Shown here piece by piece: positions 1 through 8,950 of a stretch of 24,003 nucleotides of DNA. How positions within the stretch are numbered: position 1 is the first letter of the stretch; each line of letters opens with the position of its first letter. The translations under genes were made by a program, and so were the position numbers. The stretch lies in IMG/VR virus record IMGVR_UViG_3300016665_000375, positions 1 through 24,003 of that record; one strand, written 5' to 3'. The stretch is from a virus (lineage: Duplodnaviria > Caudoviricetes). Under the pieces are notes generated by a model. That model searched no databases. It saw only the letters and a program-made list of their open reading frames with translations, and was not told the DNA's origin.

Positions 1-51
1 CGTATCTTTGGCCCTGACAACACGCTCTCTTATGTGGCGGTATTCCGGTAA
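1..51 (+). CDS. 3' end of upstream gene (partial), probably virion module
   Basis: Open frame RIFGPDNTLSYVAVFR ends in TAA (49-51), which overlaps the next ATG (TAATG coupling). Confidence 0.6.
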   Translation, partial: RIFGPDNTLSYVAVFR

Positions 52-2324
52 TGCCATTAGCTAACCAACAGCTTGTAGTAGGCGATTTCTCCGGTGGGAT
101 TACAGACTATGTTCTGGATGCCCAGCCTAATCAGTCTGCTACGATTGAAAATCTTGTCATCAACAAGAACAAGAAGCTTGAAACCGTAACTGGGAGCGAC
201 ATCTACAATGCTCTTTATCCTCAGATTCCAGATGGCAACGTACGCATTACTGGGCTTTTTAAGAGTCTAGATCCACAGCTCTATGTGACTTCTGCTCGGA
301 AGATCTGGTATCCCGGAACCTCTGCTTGGACAGAGCTTGTGGGCCCCTCGTCCAATCCTGCTTTCTCTGTTGGCACTACTTCTACGTTTGTATCAACCTC
401 TGAGTGGAACGGGCATACTTACGCAGTCAACTCCGACTACGCAACTCCTATTAAGATCTACAAAGGTGCATCAGCTCCTCAGGTCCGTACTGCGGGGTTG
501 CCTAATCTTGCTACTAATCCTGTCTGTACTCCACATAATGCTGGTACTGCGCATAGTTATATTTATGCGTTTCATTACGAATATACCTATGTAGTAGATA
601 GCGTTACTACGTTTCAGGATATGGGGCCTGTAACTTATGTCCCAATGACTGCCAATCAAGAGATTGATGGCTCTCATCCTACGGCAATTACAGTTATCCC
701 TACGCTGTCTAACGGCTCTACTCTTAACTACGACACTGCCAATATTAAAGTGTTTATTTACCGTACAATTAACGGTGGGACTACTTTCTATAAATTGGGC
801 GAAGTTACAAACGGCACAGCGACTTACACAGACTCAGCAACTGACGCATCTATTCTTTCTAACTTCCTTCTCTACACTAACGGCGATGTGCTCGACAACG
901 ACCCCCCGCCCCAGTGTAAATACGTCCACATCGTTAACGGCGTAGCATATTATGCCAATATCAAGGATGGGACTAACTACTATAAAAACCAGCTTCGCCA
1001 GTCGATTATTGGCGATCCAGATTCTTGTCCTATTGATCTGACGATTGATCTGCTTGAAGAGATCGTTGGCATCTCCTCCTATAATGACAACCCGATTGTC
1101 TTCTCAAAGAAGCGTGTTTACCGCTTGAACGGCCAGTACGACGAACTAGGACAAGGTCAAGTCATCTATGAAGACATCACCAAAACTGTAGGCTGTATGA
1201 GTCACAACTCCATCGTGCAGACGCGCTATGGGGTATTTTGGGCAGGGGACGATGGATTCTACTGGACGGACGGATTTCAGTTCAAAAAAATCTCAGATAC
1301 TATCAATGAGCGTTACAAAGATCTTGTATCATCTGATACGCGCCGTTCTCGCATTTATGGAACATTTGATACTGTAGATAACCGAATCCACTGGGCCTGT
1401 ACTTCTGGCAGTGCTTCTACAGATAACGACTGTCTGTTCACGCTTGATCTCCGCTGGGGCGTATCAGAAGCAAGTACATTCACTACCCGAGTAGGGGGCG
1501 CGTCGTTTGCTCCGACTGCGGTAATTTACTACGGAACAGACTTCCTCCGGGCCGACCGCAGGGGCTACTTGTTCAAGCATAACTCAAGCTACACCACCGA
1601 TCCGAAGATCAATACTTTGACGGCCTATTCGACCTGGCCTGTTCAGGCGATTGTGCCTAACTACGTTTCTACGGTATTTAACTTTGGATATCCGATGGTT
1701 CGTAAGTGGGTTCCGAAGATCCTGCTTTCGATGCAGAACGAGACCGACGTATCAGTGCAGATCAATTCGATCAACGATCAATCCACAACAACGGATGCTC
1801 TTCTGCCTATCCGGGTTCGTGAGAATGTCCTTTGGGGCACTGTATCGGCTATCTGGGGCTCTGTAACCCCTTACTGGAGTAACTCTCAGCTTATCGAGCA
1901 GATGCGCCGTTTTCCTGCTGGGGGCCTCCGGTGCAGCTTTAAGCAGATCCAGATCACTCAAGCTTATACTATCATCTATAATTCAGACACCTTTGGGGTG
2001 GCGGATGTTGATTCTACCACTAAAACGGCTACTATTTTGGGGGCGTTATCCTGGCCCACCGATGCGGTGGATTACTACATTTCATTTGAGCATGATAACT
2101 ACGCCAAGCAATACCTGATTACTTCGATTGTTGGGAGCGTGGTATCTTACCTTGATCCAAGCACTACGCAACCATCAGATCTTGGGTCTAAATGGCTTAT
2201 CCAGGGCCAGCCTAAAGGGGAAGTTTTTAATATCCTTTCCTACATCGTTTACTACGCTCCGCTCACCGATCAGTCCTACAGGACCTACCGGACCGAGCAG
2301 GATTCGACTGGAGCTAACGCATGA
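51..2324 (+). CDS. Tail nozzle / DNA-stabilisation protein (P22 gp10 / T7 tail tubular B-like)
   Basis: 757 aa, beta-rich; N-terminal DFSGG, VGC.S..SI and VFWAG.DGFY segments typical of podovirus nozzle beta-propellers; next to adaptor and ejection-type genes. Confidence 0.7.
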   Translation: MPLANQQLVVGDFSGGITDYVLDAQPNQSATIENLVINKNKKLETVTGSDIYNALYPQIPDGNVRITGLFKSLDPQLYVTSARKIWYPGTSAWTELVGPSSNPAFSVGTTSTFVSTSEWNGHTYAVNSDYATPIKIYKGASAPQVRTAGLPNLATNPVCTPHNAGTAHSYIYAFHYEYTYVVDSVTTFQDMGPVTYVPMTANQEIDGSHPTAITVIPTLSNGSTLNYDTANIKVFIYRTINGGTTFYKLGEVTNGTATYTDSATDASILSNFLLYTNGDVLDNDPPPQCKYVHIVNGVAYYANIKDGTNYYKNQLRQSIIGDPDSCPIDLTIDLLEEIVGISSYNDNPIVFSKKRVYRLNGQYDELGQGQVIYEDITKTVGCMSHNSIVQTRYGVFWAGDDGFYWTDGFQFKKISDTINERYKDLVSSDTRRSRIYGTFDTVDNRIHWACTSGSASTDNDCLFTLDLRWGVSEASTFTTRVGGASFAPTAVIYYGTDFLRADRRGYLFKHNSSYTTDPKINTLTAYSTWPVQAIVPNYVSTVFNFGYPMVRKWVPKILLSMQNETDVSVQINSINDQSTTTDALLPIRVRENVLWGTVSAIWGSVTPYWSNSQLIEQMRRFPAGGLRCSFKQIQITQAYTIIYNSDTFGVADVDSTTKTATILGALSWPTDAVDYYISFEHDNYAKQYLITSIVGSVVSYLDPSTTQPSDLGSKWLIQGQPKGEVFNILSYIVYYAPLTDQSYRTYRTEQDSTGANA

Positions 2325-2659
2325 AGCGAAAGTTCTATGTGTCTCAGATTGAAGATGAGTACATGAAGCAGAACATGAAGTCGCTCATGGACTTTTTCAA
2401 CACTACCCCGTTTCTTAAGGGGCAGTGGCGGTTTATTACATTTACGGTAAAGGCTTCTGTCACGGATCAAAAGCTTGAGCATAATTTAGCGTTTACCCCA
2501 GCGGATGTGATTGTAACTTCGGTAATCGGGGGTACAATTACATTTAAGTACGATCAGTTCGATAAGAACTTCTTAGTTTATAGCGCAACTGTGAGTACAT
2601 CGCCCATGACGGTTCGGGCCATCATCGGCACTTATACGGAGGATACAATCGGTGTATAG
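2321..2659 (+). CDS. Small virion-associated protein (hypothetical)
   Basis: 112 aa, ATGA-coupled to nozzle gene, beta-rich C-terminal half. Confidence 0.6.
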   Translation: MKRKFYVSQIEDEYMKQNMKSLMDFFNTTPFLKGQWRFITFTVKASVTDQKLEHNLAFTPADVIVTSVIGGTITFKYDQFDKNFLVYSATVSTSPMTVRAIIGTYTEDTIGV

Positions 2660-3350
2660 CCCTACTTATGCAGATCTGAAGAGTTATTTGGAGAAGGAAC
2701 TCGACCTTGAAGACGAGACATTCATCACAGCAGATGAGATGCGGTCGTACTTCAACGAAGCGGTCGATATGATCGAGGCATCCATCCACAATATCTACGA
2801 AGACTACTTTCTGACCAATGCTTCTCTTAGCATTGTGAACGGCCAGGCCGCATACAGCCTTCCTTCAGACATCTACGCACAGAAGATTCGGAAGGTTCTC
2901 TATAACGACGGCGGGGCGTACAAGTACGAGATCAAGCGGGTTAAAAAGCTCGAAGAGACCATGTTCATTCAGACCCCGGATCTCTACAGCTATGTGCTGA
3001 CTAACGACGCAACGGCGGGGCTTAAACTGACTCTTTTCCCTACCCCTGTCGCTGACCAGCCGTATGGGACGATCTGGTACATCCGTAATGCAAAAAGGTT
3101 TACTCAGGATACGGATGTTTGTGATATTCCTGAATTTACCAACGTGCTTGTTCAGTTTGTGCGGTGGAAGTGCCTCTCGAAAGAGGGGCATCCCGACGCT
3201 AACCAAGCAGGATCGGATCTGGAACGCATGAAGCAGGAGATGGTCGATACCCTGACTGCTCGGGTTCCAGATGAGGACAACTTTGTTTTGAAAGACATGA
3301 GCTTCTATCGTGATTATGACGATTGGAGATTTGGCGGAGGGCAATACTAA
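2652..3350 (+). CDS. Head-tail adaptor (tail tubular A-like)
   Basis: 232 aa, GTG start after GGAGG; pattern T..DL....YFNEA...G...YSLP.D...LFPTP...DIPE is typical of podovirus adaptors. Confidence 0.7.
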   Translation: MYSPTYADLKSYLEKELDLEDETFITADEMRSYFNEAVDMIEASIHNIYEDYFLTNASLSIVNGQAAYSLPSDIYAQKIRKVLYNDGGAYKYEIKRVKKLEETMFIQTPDLYSYVLTNDATAGLKLTLFPTPVADQPYGTIWYIRNAKRFTQDTDVCDIPEFTNVLVQFVRWKCLSKEGHPDANQAGSDLERMKQEMVDTLTARVPDEDNFVLKDMSFYRDYDDWRFGGGQY

Positions 3351-4021
3351 TGGCTGAGAACTATAAGAATCCTTACAATATGCAATCTAATATGATGGGG
3401 CAAAACCCAGGGTATACCCCAATGACACCGCAAGAACTGCAACTTCTTCAAGATCAGTTAAAGTATCAGCAGCAACAGATTGAACAAGAGCGGCAGAAAC
3501 AAGAGCTTGCAAAAACTGCAATGCCTGAGCTTACCTACAATCCTATTGTAGAAACCGAAGGCCCAGATGGTAAGAAGACTATCGGTCTTCGTGAAGAACT
3601 CCAGCTCCGTTCTCCTGAAGAATTTATTACTGCCGAAAAGGGCCGTATGGGGCTTGCTCAGACCCAGGCAGCGGATCAATTAAACCGCGCCCTAATGCAG
3701 CAGCAAGCACAACAACGCGCGGCTGCTATGGCTCGTGGTGGAGTTCGCGGTGGGACAGGAGCCCTTGATCGTTTCTCTATGCGGGAGGCAATGCTTGGGA
3801 AGCAGAGACTTGCAGGGCAAGGGCTTGAGCAACAAGCCGAGTTCGCGTCTAAAGCGGAACAACTTCGTTCTGAGGCCCGCGCAAAGCAGGTCGGTGCTCT
3901 GGGAGGAGCCCTTAAAGATGTAGAACAGTTTAATCTTGAACGGTGGAAAAAGATGAAAGATGTTGAAGCATCTAAAACTCAAGCAGAAGCCACCCGATCC
4001 GCAGGAAGCGGTGGTAAGTAA
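3350..4021 (+). CDS. Probable internal virion / ejection protein
   Basis: Start moved to ATG 3350 (TAATG overlap, GGAGG upstream); 223 aa, Q/A/G-rich, helical. Confidence 0.55.
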   Translation: MAENYKNPYNMQSNMMGQNPGYTPMTPQELQLLQDQLKYQQQQIEQERQKQELAKTAMPELTYNPIVETEGPDGKKTIGLREELQLRSPEEFITAEKGRMGLAQTQAADQLNRALMQQQAQQRAAAMARGGVRGGTGALDRFSMREAMLGKQRLAGQGLEQQAEFASKAEQLRSEARAKQVGALGGALKDVEQFNLERWKKMKDVEASKTQAEATRSAGSGGK

Positions 4022-4027
4022 GTAAGT

Positions 4028-4450
4028 ATGATCGAAATAGCTCAAATCTCAAAAGATCAGCTTGATGAGGCGTTTATTGAAAATCTCTACAAGAGCATTT
4101 TCGACTATGAACGCCCTGCTGACCACTTTCGGTTTGATTTGTGCATGGTCGCCAAGAATGAAAAAGGCGATTTAATGGGATTCTGCTTGGCTCGGGAGCT
4201 ATCTAAAACTGTGGTAGAGCTGGCCTGGGGTGGGACATCCAAAGAACATCGCGGTGCGTCTACATTGATTGGGTTAAAGAAGATTACCGATGTGTGCCTT
4301 GAGCACTATGAATCGGTGGTTTTTCATACTTGGAATAACAATATTAAAATGATTAAAGTTGGTTTAGCTCTAGGATATACTATCATTGGAACTAAGCTTA
4401 GTGATTTAAATGAGATAATGCTCATTTTTAATAAGAAAAGAGGAGGCTAA
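4028..4450 (+). CDS. GNAT-family acetyltransferase-like protein
   Basis: 140 aa; motif A-like GGTSKEHRG and C-terminal N..MIKV...LGY; located among ejection genes as in other podoviruses. Confidence 0.75.
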   Translation: MIEIAQISKDQLDEAFIENLYKSIFDYERPADHFRFDLCMVAKNEKGDLMGFCLARELSKTVVELAWGGTSKEHRGASTLIGLKKITDVCLEHYESVVFHTWNNNIKMIKVGLALGYTIIGTKLSDLNEIMLIFNKKRGG

Positions 4451-4451
4451 T

Positions 4452-4889
4452 ATGCCGATACCATTTGGAGCTTGGGTAGCACTTGCAGGATTAAACGCAG
4501 CAATGGCTGCTTCTAAAAAAGCGCAGCAAGACGCGGCAAGACAACGAGAAGCAAATTTAAGAGCGGCTGAGATCGAGGCTGCTCCTTGGACTGGCAGAGC
4601 GCCGACTACTCAAGTTAGTACCCCATCAAGCAACATCTGGGGAGAACTTGCAGGAGCAGGAGTAAACACTCTTGGACAAGGCATGGCTCTTCAACAATCA
4701 GGGTTATTTACTGAAGGAGCAGAGCTTCCAGGTGCTGAACTGCCCGGAGGATATGATGGGGGGGCTACTCTTACGCCTTCTGCTCAAGCCGCTATGGATA
4801 GAAGTGCTATTCAGGAAAATGTTAGCACTATGTGGCCTTGGGAAAGCAAACGAACTTCTTGGTTGAATACTTTAAAATCCTCAAGATAA
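4452..4889 (+). CDS. Small ejection protein (P22 gp7 / T7 gp14-like)
   Basis: 145 aa, hydrophobic Ala/Gly N-terminus then Q/A-rich helix; RBS AGGAGG. Confidence 0.55.
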   Translation: MPIPFGAWVALAGLNAAMAASKKAQQDAARQREANLRAAEIEAAPWTGRAPTTQVSTPSSNIWGELAGAGVNTLGQGMALQQSGLFTEGAELPGAELPGGYDGGATLTPSAQAAMDRSAIQENVSTMWPWESKRTSWLNTLKSSR

Positions 4890-4902
4890 TTAAGGATATA
4901 TT

Positions 4903-5859
4903 ATGGATAGTCCAGTACAGCCCCAAATTACAGCAGCAGCTATCCAGCCGGATATGACTGAAGAAGAAATGAAGAAACAACTTCTTGCACTTCTAGGGCA
5001 GTCTTTCGGGCAGCAAACTCAACAAATTGAAGCCCTTCAGAAACAGGCTGAAGCAGAGAAAAAGCGACAAGAAGAAATGGGAGTTTTGGGACGACTTGAC
5101 CTACGTCCATTTGCCCAAGCCGCTAAAGGATATGGAGCTACTAACGTAGCTATTCCAGAAGAAGCTCCAGTAGATAGAACAGCTATTCTCAGCAAACTTC
5201 AAAACGCTGTATCAGAAGCTCAACAAGGGCTTACTAAAGAACAGGTAAATGCACTTAAAGGGATGCTTGAAGATAAGCGGTCTGCCCAAGCTGGAATTTC
5301 TCAGAAAAACCAAGAAATCAGGATGTTTAATTACGCCCAGGGTAAATACTTAAAACCTGCCGAAGATTACTTGAAAGGATCAGGACAATACAATTTTGTG
5401 CGTAATGAACTTGCTACTGGTCAGCCTTCAAGAATTAATAGGGCATTATCTCAGTACGCTCGTATTATGGGCCAAACAGGGGTTCTCACGGATAATGATA
5501 TTCGCTTGCAACTCCCTCCTACATTTGTATCTGCGTTAGATAGGGCATATACATATGTAACAGGAAATCCAGAAGCAGAGCTTCCACAAGAGATTGTCAC
5601 AGATCTTCTAAGTACTCTTGATTCGGGGCAAGTTGCAACTCAACAAGCCTACAAGAATAAATTAGATCTTACCCATCAGAGCTTTTTGCAAGGGCCTTAT
5701 GCAGGTATGCCAGCATTAGATAATTTGTATGCACAATCCTCTAAAACAATTCTTGGCAATGCAAAACCAGCAAAAGGCGGCGCTCCTGGGGGATTGCCTC
5801 CAGCCGCAGATATTGAAGCAGAAGCTAAGAGAAGAGCTGCCGCAAAGAAAGGTAAATAA
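4903..5859 (+). CDS. Probable ejection protein
   Basis: 318 aa, Q/A/E-rich coiled-coil character; position in module. Confidence 0.55.
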   Translation: MDSPVQPQITAAAIQPDMTEEEMKKQLLALLGQSFGQQTQQIEALQKQAEAEKKRQEEMGVLGRLDLRPFAQAAKGYGATNVAIPEEAPVDRTAILSKLQNAVSEAQQGLTKEQVNALKGMLEDKRSAQAGISQKNQEIRMFNYAQGKYLKPAEDYLKGSGQYNFVRNELATGQPSRINRALSQYARIMGQTGVLTDNDIRLQLPPTFVSALDRAYTYVTGNPEAELPQEIVTDLLSTLDSGQVATQQAYKNKLDLTHQSFLQGPYAGMPALDNLYAQSSKTILGNAKPAKGGAPGGLPPAADIEAEAKRRAAAKKGK

Positions 5860-5861
5860 AC

Positions 5862-7319
5862 ATGGATCTTTCTAAACTGAGCGACAAAGATTTTGAAGCA
5901 TTACAAGCAGGTAAACTTCAAGATATGTCCGATGAAGGATTTGCATATCTTCAATCTCAAAGCGCCGCAGAACCCAGTATACCTGTCAGTAAAAAAGAAC
6001 CAGGAATACTTGAAAAAGCGACTCGGGGGCTTAACCTCGCTGGAGGAGCAGTTCGCGGAGCGATTGCGGGGGCAGTAGAACCTCTTATTGGTAAGGATAT
6101 TGTATCTGCCGAAGAAGTAAAATCTGGAACTGTACCAGGCGCTTCTGAACTTATGGCACGAGCAGGAATTCCAGAAGGATTCTCTTTATCCGATATTGTC
6201 CCTTCTATGTATTCTCAAGATGGTGAAGGACTTGCTCTTGAAAAAGGTGGGATGTTTGATCCTACGGCTCGGGGGACTGCTGGCCTTGCCGCAGATATTC
6301 TTACAGATCCTCTAACTTATCTTGCAGCTCCTTTAAAAGCAGCTCAGGTGGCTCGTGCGGGCACAGCGGCAGGGAAAGCCCTTAAGCTTGGTGAAGTATT
6401 GATCAATCCTATCGGAGAAGCCGTAGGAGCTGCGGGAGCGGGGCTTAAAAAGGGCGGAGAGAAATTCTATAAATCTGCGTTTGAAAAAGCAGATCAAGCT
6501 CTAGCTACTCGATATGGAAAAGGATCTATTGCAGATATTCTTAAATCTCGTGGGTTTAAAGGATCGGCTGAACAAGCCCTAGAGAAGACCTCCGAAATTA
6601 ATCAAGAACTTGGTAAAAAGATCGGTACATTTAGAGAAGCTGCGGATCTTACAGGTATTCTTGAAAAACCATTAAACTTTGAGGCCGCAGAAAAAGTAGT
6701 GCAGAAATACAGGGTATCTTCTGATCCTGAGATGATGGGTATAGCGGACAATCTTCAAGAAATTCTTGATAGCTATAAGGGAATGCCCCCTAAAACTGCT
6801 ACCGAACTTGCTACCGTTAAGAGAACTAATCTCGACATGGCAGGAGGCGATACCGCATTTGATATGCTTAAATCTTCTCCAGATCGCGCTAAAGCAGAGC
6901 TTCGTAGGGCAATAGGTAAAAGCCTTGGTGAAGCGGAGGATTCAGCGGTTAAACAAGCACTTCCTCCTGAGCAATATAAAGAATATCTAAAGACTAAGCG
7001 TGATTATGGAGTGACGACTAAATTTGCTCAAAAAGAACTGAATAAACTTGCTCGCGCTGAAATGACTCGTACTGGAGTTGCTCCTAGTGCAGTAGATATT
7101 ATGGGAATGGGAGTAGCTGCTGCTGCTGGAAGCCCTATAGGAATGGGTGCAATGGCAGCTAAAAAAGCTAGGGATATTATGCGTCTTACTGGGACTAAAA
7201 CCCGTCTTGGGCCTATGATGGAATCTGTAGGAGGAGGCATCGAAGCAACAGCCGCTAAGATCCCCCCACAAGTATGGCTTGAAATGTTGAGATCTAAACC
7301 AGAAGGAGAACAGAAATGA
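5862..7319 (+). CDS. Probable large ejection (DNA transfer) protein
   Basis: 485 aa; N-terminal MDLSKLSD.D..AL, Gly/Ala-rich amphipathic stretches and a DILTDPLTYL segment, as in podovirus internal proteins. Confidence 0.6.
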   Translation: MDLSKLSDKDFEALQAGKLQDMSDEGFAYLQSQSAAEPSIPVSKKEPGILEKATRGLNLAGGAVRGAIAGAVEPLIGKDIVSAEEVKSGTVPGASELMARAGIPEGFSLSDIVPSMYSQDGEGLALEKGGMFDPTARGTAGLAADILTDPLTYLAAPLKAAQVARAGTAAGKALKLGEVLINPIGEAVGAAGAGLKKGGEKFYKSAFEKADQALATRYGKGSIADILKSRGFKGSAEQALEKTSEINQELGKKIGTFREAADLTGILEKPLNFEAAEKVVQKYRVSSDPEMMGIADNLQEILDSYKGMPPKTATELATVKRTNLDMAGGDTAFDMLKSSPDRAKAELRRAIGKSLGEAEDSAVKQALPPEQYKEYLKTKRDYGVTTKFAQKELNKLARAEMTRTGVAPSAVDIMGMGVAAAAGSPIGMGAMAAKKARDIMRLTGTKTRLGPMMESVGGGIEATAAKIPPQVWLEMLRSKPEGEQK

Positions 7320-7639
7320 AAATGAACAAAGAAGATATGGCTAAGATGGAGAATGAACCAGGCGAAGGCATGATGCACGAAAAAGCAGAAGGCCCAGCTT
7401 ACGAGAAAAAAGAAGATGTAATGGAAGGCGAAGACTCTGGCGAAGAAGATATGGGCGAAGAGTCCGACTGGCAAGCTAACTGCGACGCTAACGACCTCCT
7501 CCGCGCTGCTGAGATCAAGGCTGACCCTATGCGTATGAAAGCTGCCCTTGAGATTCTGGGGCAGAAGAAAAAAGCCATCGACTCTATGGAAGAGCTGATG
7601 GCTGTTCGTAAAGATAAGATGATGGAGAAGAAAGGGTAA
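7316..7639 (+). CDS. Hypothetical protein, acidic Met/Glu-rich N-terminus
   Basis: 107 aa, ATGA-coupled, AGGAG RBS. Confidence 0.7.
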   Translation: MKMNKEDMAKMENEPGEGMMHEKAEGPAYEKKEDVMEGEDSGEEDMGEESDWQANCDANDLLRAAEIKADPMRMKAALEILGQKKKAIDSMEELMAVRKDKMMEKKG

Positions 7640-7644
7640 GCATC

Positions 7645-8235
7645 ATGGCTGATGACATCTTCACAGTTCAAAGAAAGCCTTTAAGCTGGCAGGAAATGAC
7701 TCGTCAGGCAATGGCAGAGGAAGCTCGTAAGCAAACTCCTATGGGCTGGGAAGTCCCTGTCGATCAGCTTTATGCTCCGTCTTCTGATGTACCTGTTTCT
7801 GGGGGATTCGCCCCAGGGGGAGCAGAGTATGATCCTACTCCTGAAATGATTGCCTCGATGGTTCCTTGGGGAGCCATGACTAAGGGAGCAATAGCAGAAC
7901 TTAAAGCGCTAGGAGAACTGGGAGCGATTGGAAGGGATATTAGTCTTAAAACTCCAGAAAGAGCTAAAGAATTAGTTAATATTAATCTGCCAAAAGGTAT
8001 GCACCGAATAGGTGGAGAATCTATTCCTGCAAGAGAACTTCAACTTCCAAATATTCGACCAGAACTTAAATCGGCTAAAGTACTAAAACAGCGTCCTGAA
8101 GCAAAAGAATTATTAGGCACTTCTATCGGACAAGGAGAATCTGTACGAGAGGGAGATATTGCCAACGCTATTGAAGCAGCGATTCGGGCAATCCGTTATG
8201 AAAGAAGACTGCCCAAACCGAAACTGCCTAAGTAA
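7645..8235 (+). CDS. Hypothetical protein, last gene of the + arm
   Basis: 196 aa ORF whose stop abuts the stop of the convergent gene. Confidence 0.65.
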   Translation: MADDIFTVQRKPLSWQEMTRQAMAEEARKQTPMGWEVPVDQLYAPSSDVPVSGGFAPGGAEYDPTPEMIASMVPWGAMTKGAIAELKALGELGAIGRDISLKTPERAKELVNINLPKGMHRIGGESIPARELQLPNIRPELKSAKVLKQRPEAKELLGTSIGQGESVREGDIANAIEAAIRAIRYERRLPKPKLPK

Positions 8236-8652
8236 TTAAAGATTCCCAAGATCGGCAATGAAGGGCTCAAGCACCGTAAGATCGCTTGGGCTCACATTGA
8301 CTCCCCTAAGCTCGGTGGCGAAAAGAGGGCTCACTTCAATCTCAAACTCGGAATCAAGGTACTGTTTCACCTTGCCGTTAAACGTCTCCGAGTCCTTCAG
8401 CTTATAGCCTACCGCTCTGCGCTCCTCGCCTTCGCCCTGGTATTCGAAGATAGGCTTCCCCTCAGCATCGTGCTCGCCGTACACCTTAAGCAGATCCGTC
8501 ATGAACTTCACATGGTCCTTCTGCTTCTGGTCCAGCTTGTCCGCATACCGCTTCATCTTGTATGCCGCATCAAACGGCATCTTCTCATTCATCATGGCCT
8601 GGAATACGGCGTACAGACGGTCGTTAATAAGAATGCTATGCTTTAGTTTCAT
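8236..8652 (-). CDS. Conserved phage protein, DUF1617-like
   Basis: 138 aa; pattern P...AY....L...Y.E.D.EG.P...F...L..E.EI...SP.DL..L.PFI recalled from this family; GGAGG RBS. Confidence 0.55.
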   Translation of the reverse strand: MKLKHSILINDRLYAVFQAMMNEKMPFDAAYKMKRYADKLDQKQKDHVKFMTDLLKVYGEHDAEGKPIFEYQGEGEERRAVGYKLKDSETFNGKVKQYLDSEFEIEVSPLFATELRGVNVSPSDLTVLEPFIADLGNL

Positions 8653-8950
8653 TTGCTATGTCCTCCAACTTCTTCATTACTACGTCGATATTCTCAGGAT
8701 AAACAAGAGTCGCGTAGCCTCCACTCTCGTTTATTTTAGCTAGATTATACAACTGAAGCTCAGTGGCAGGAGCCCTGTCACTACGCTTCAACTCAAGCCC
8801 TACGAACCTCCCGTTCACACAAAGCAGCAGATCCGGGGTCCCGTGGATCGAAGTCTGCTGAATGGTGAAGGTCACCGTTCTCGGCAGTTTCCTTAGCCTC
8901 GACAGAACGCGCTTTTTGAAAGTCGATTCTTTTGGCAAGCTCGTCTTCAT
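8636..8950 (-). CDS. VRR-NUC (PD-(D/E)xK) nuclease / Holliday junction resolvase
   Basis: ES.F...V, GTPDLL, FVGLELK, ATELQ, GG.A motifs. Confidence 0.9.
   Translation of the reverse strand: MKTSLPKESTFKKRVLSRLRKLPRTVTFTIQQTSIHGTPDLLLCVNGRFVGLELKRSDRAPATELQLYNLAKINESGGYATLVYPENIDVVMKKLEDIANETKA

Noticed and set aside
4718-4748. AELPG-AELPG peptide duplication
   Set aside because: Only two copies, diverged at DNA level, in a low-complexity region.
8230-8241. Convergent genes with abutting stop codons (TAA/TTA)
   Set aside because: No hairpin or U-tract seen, so no terminator called; tight packing is normal in phages.
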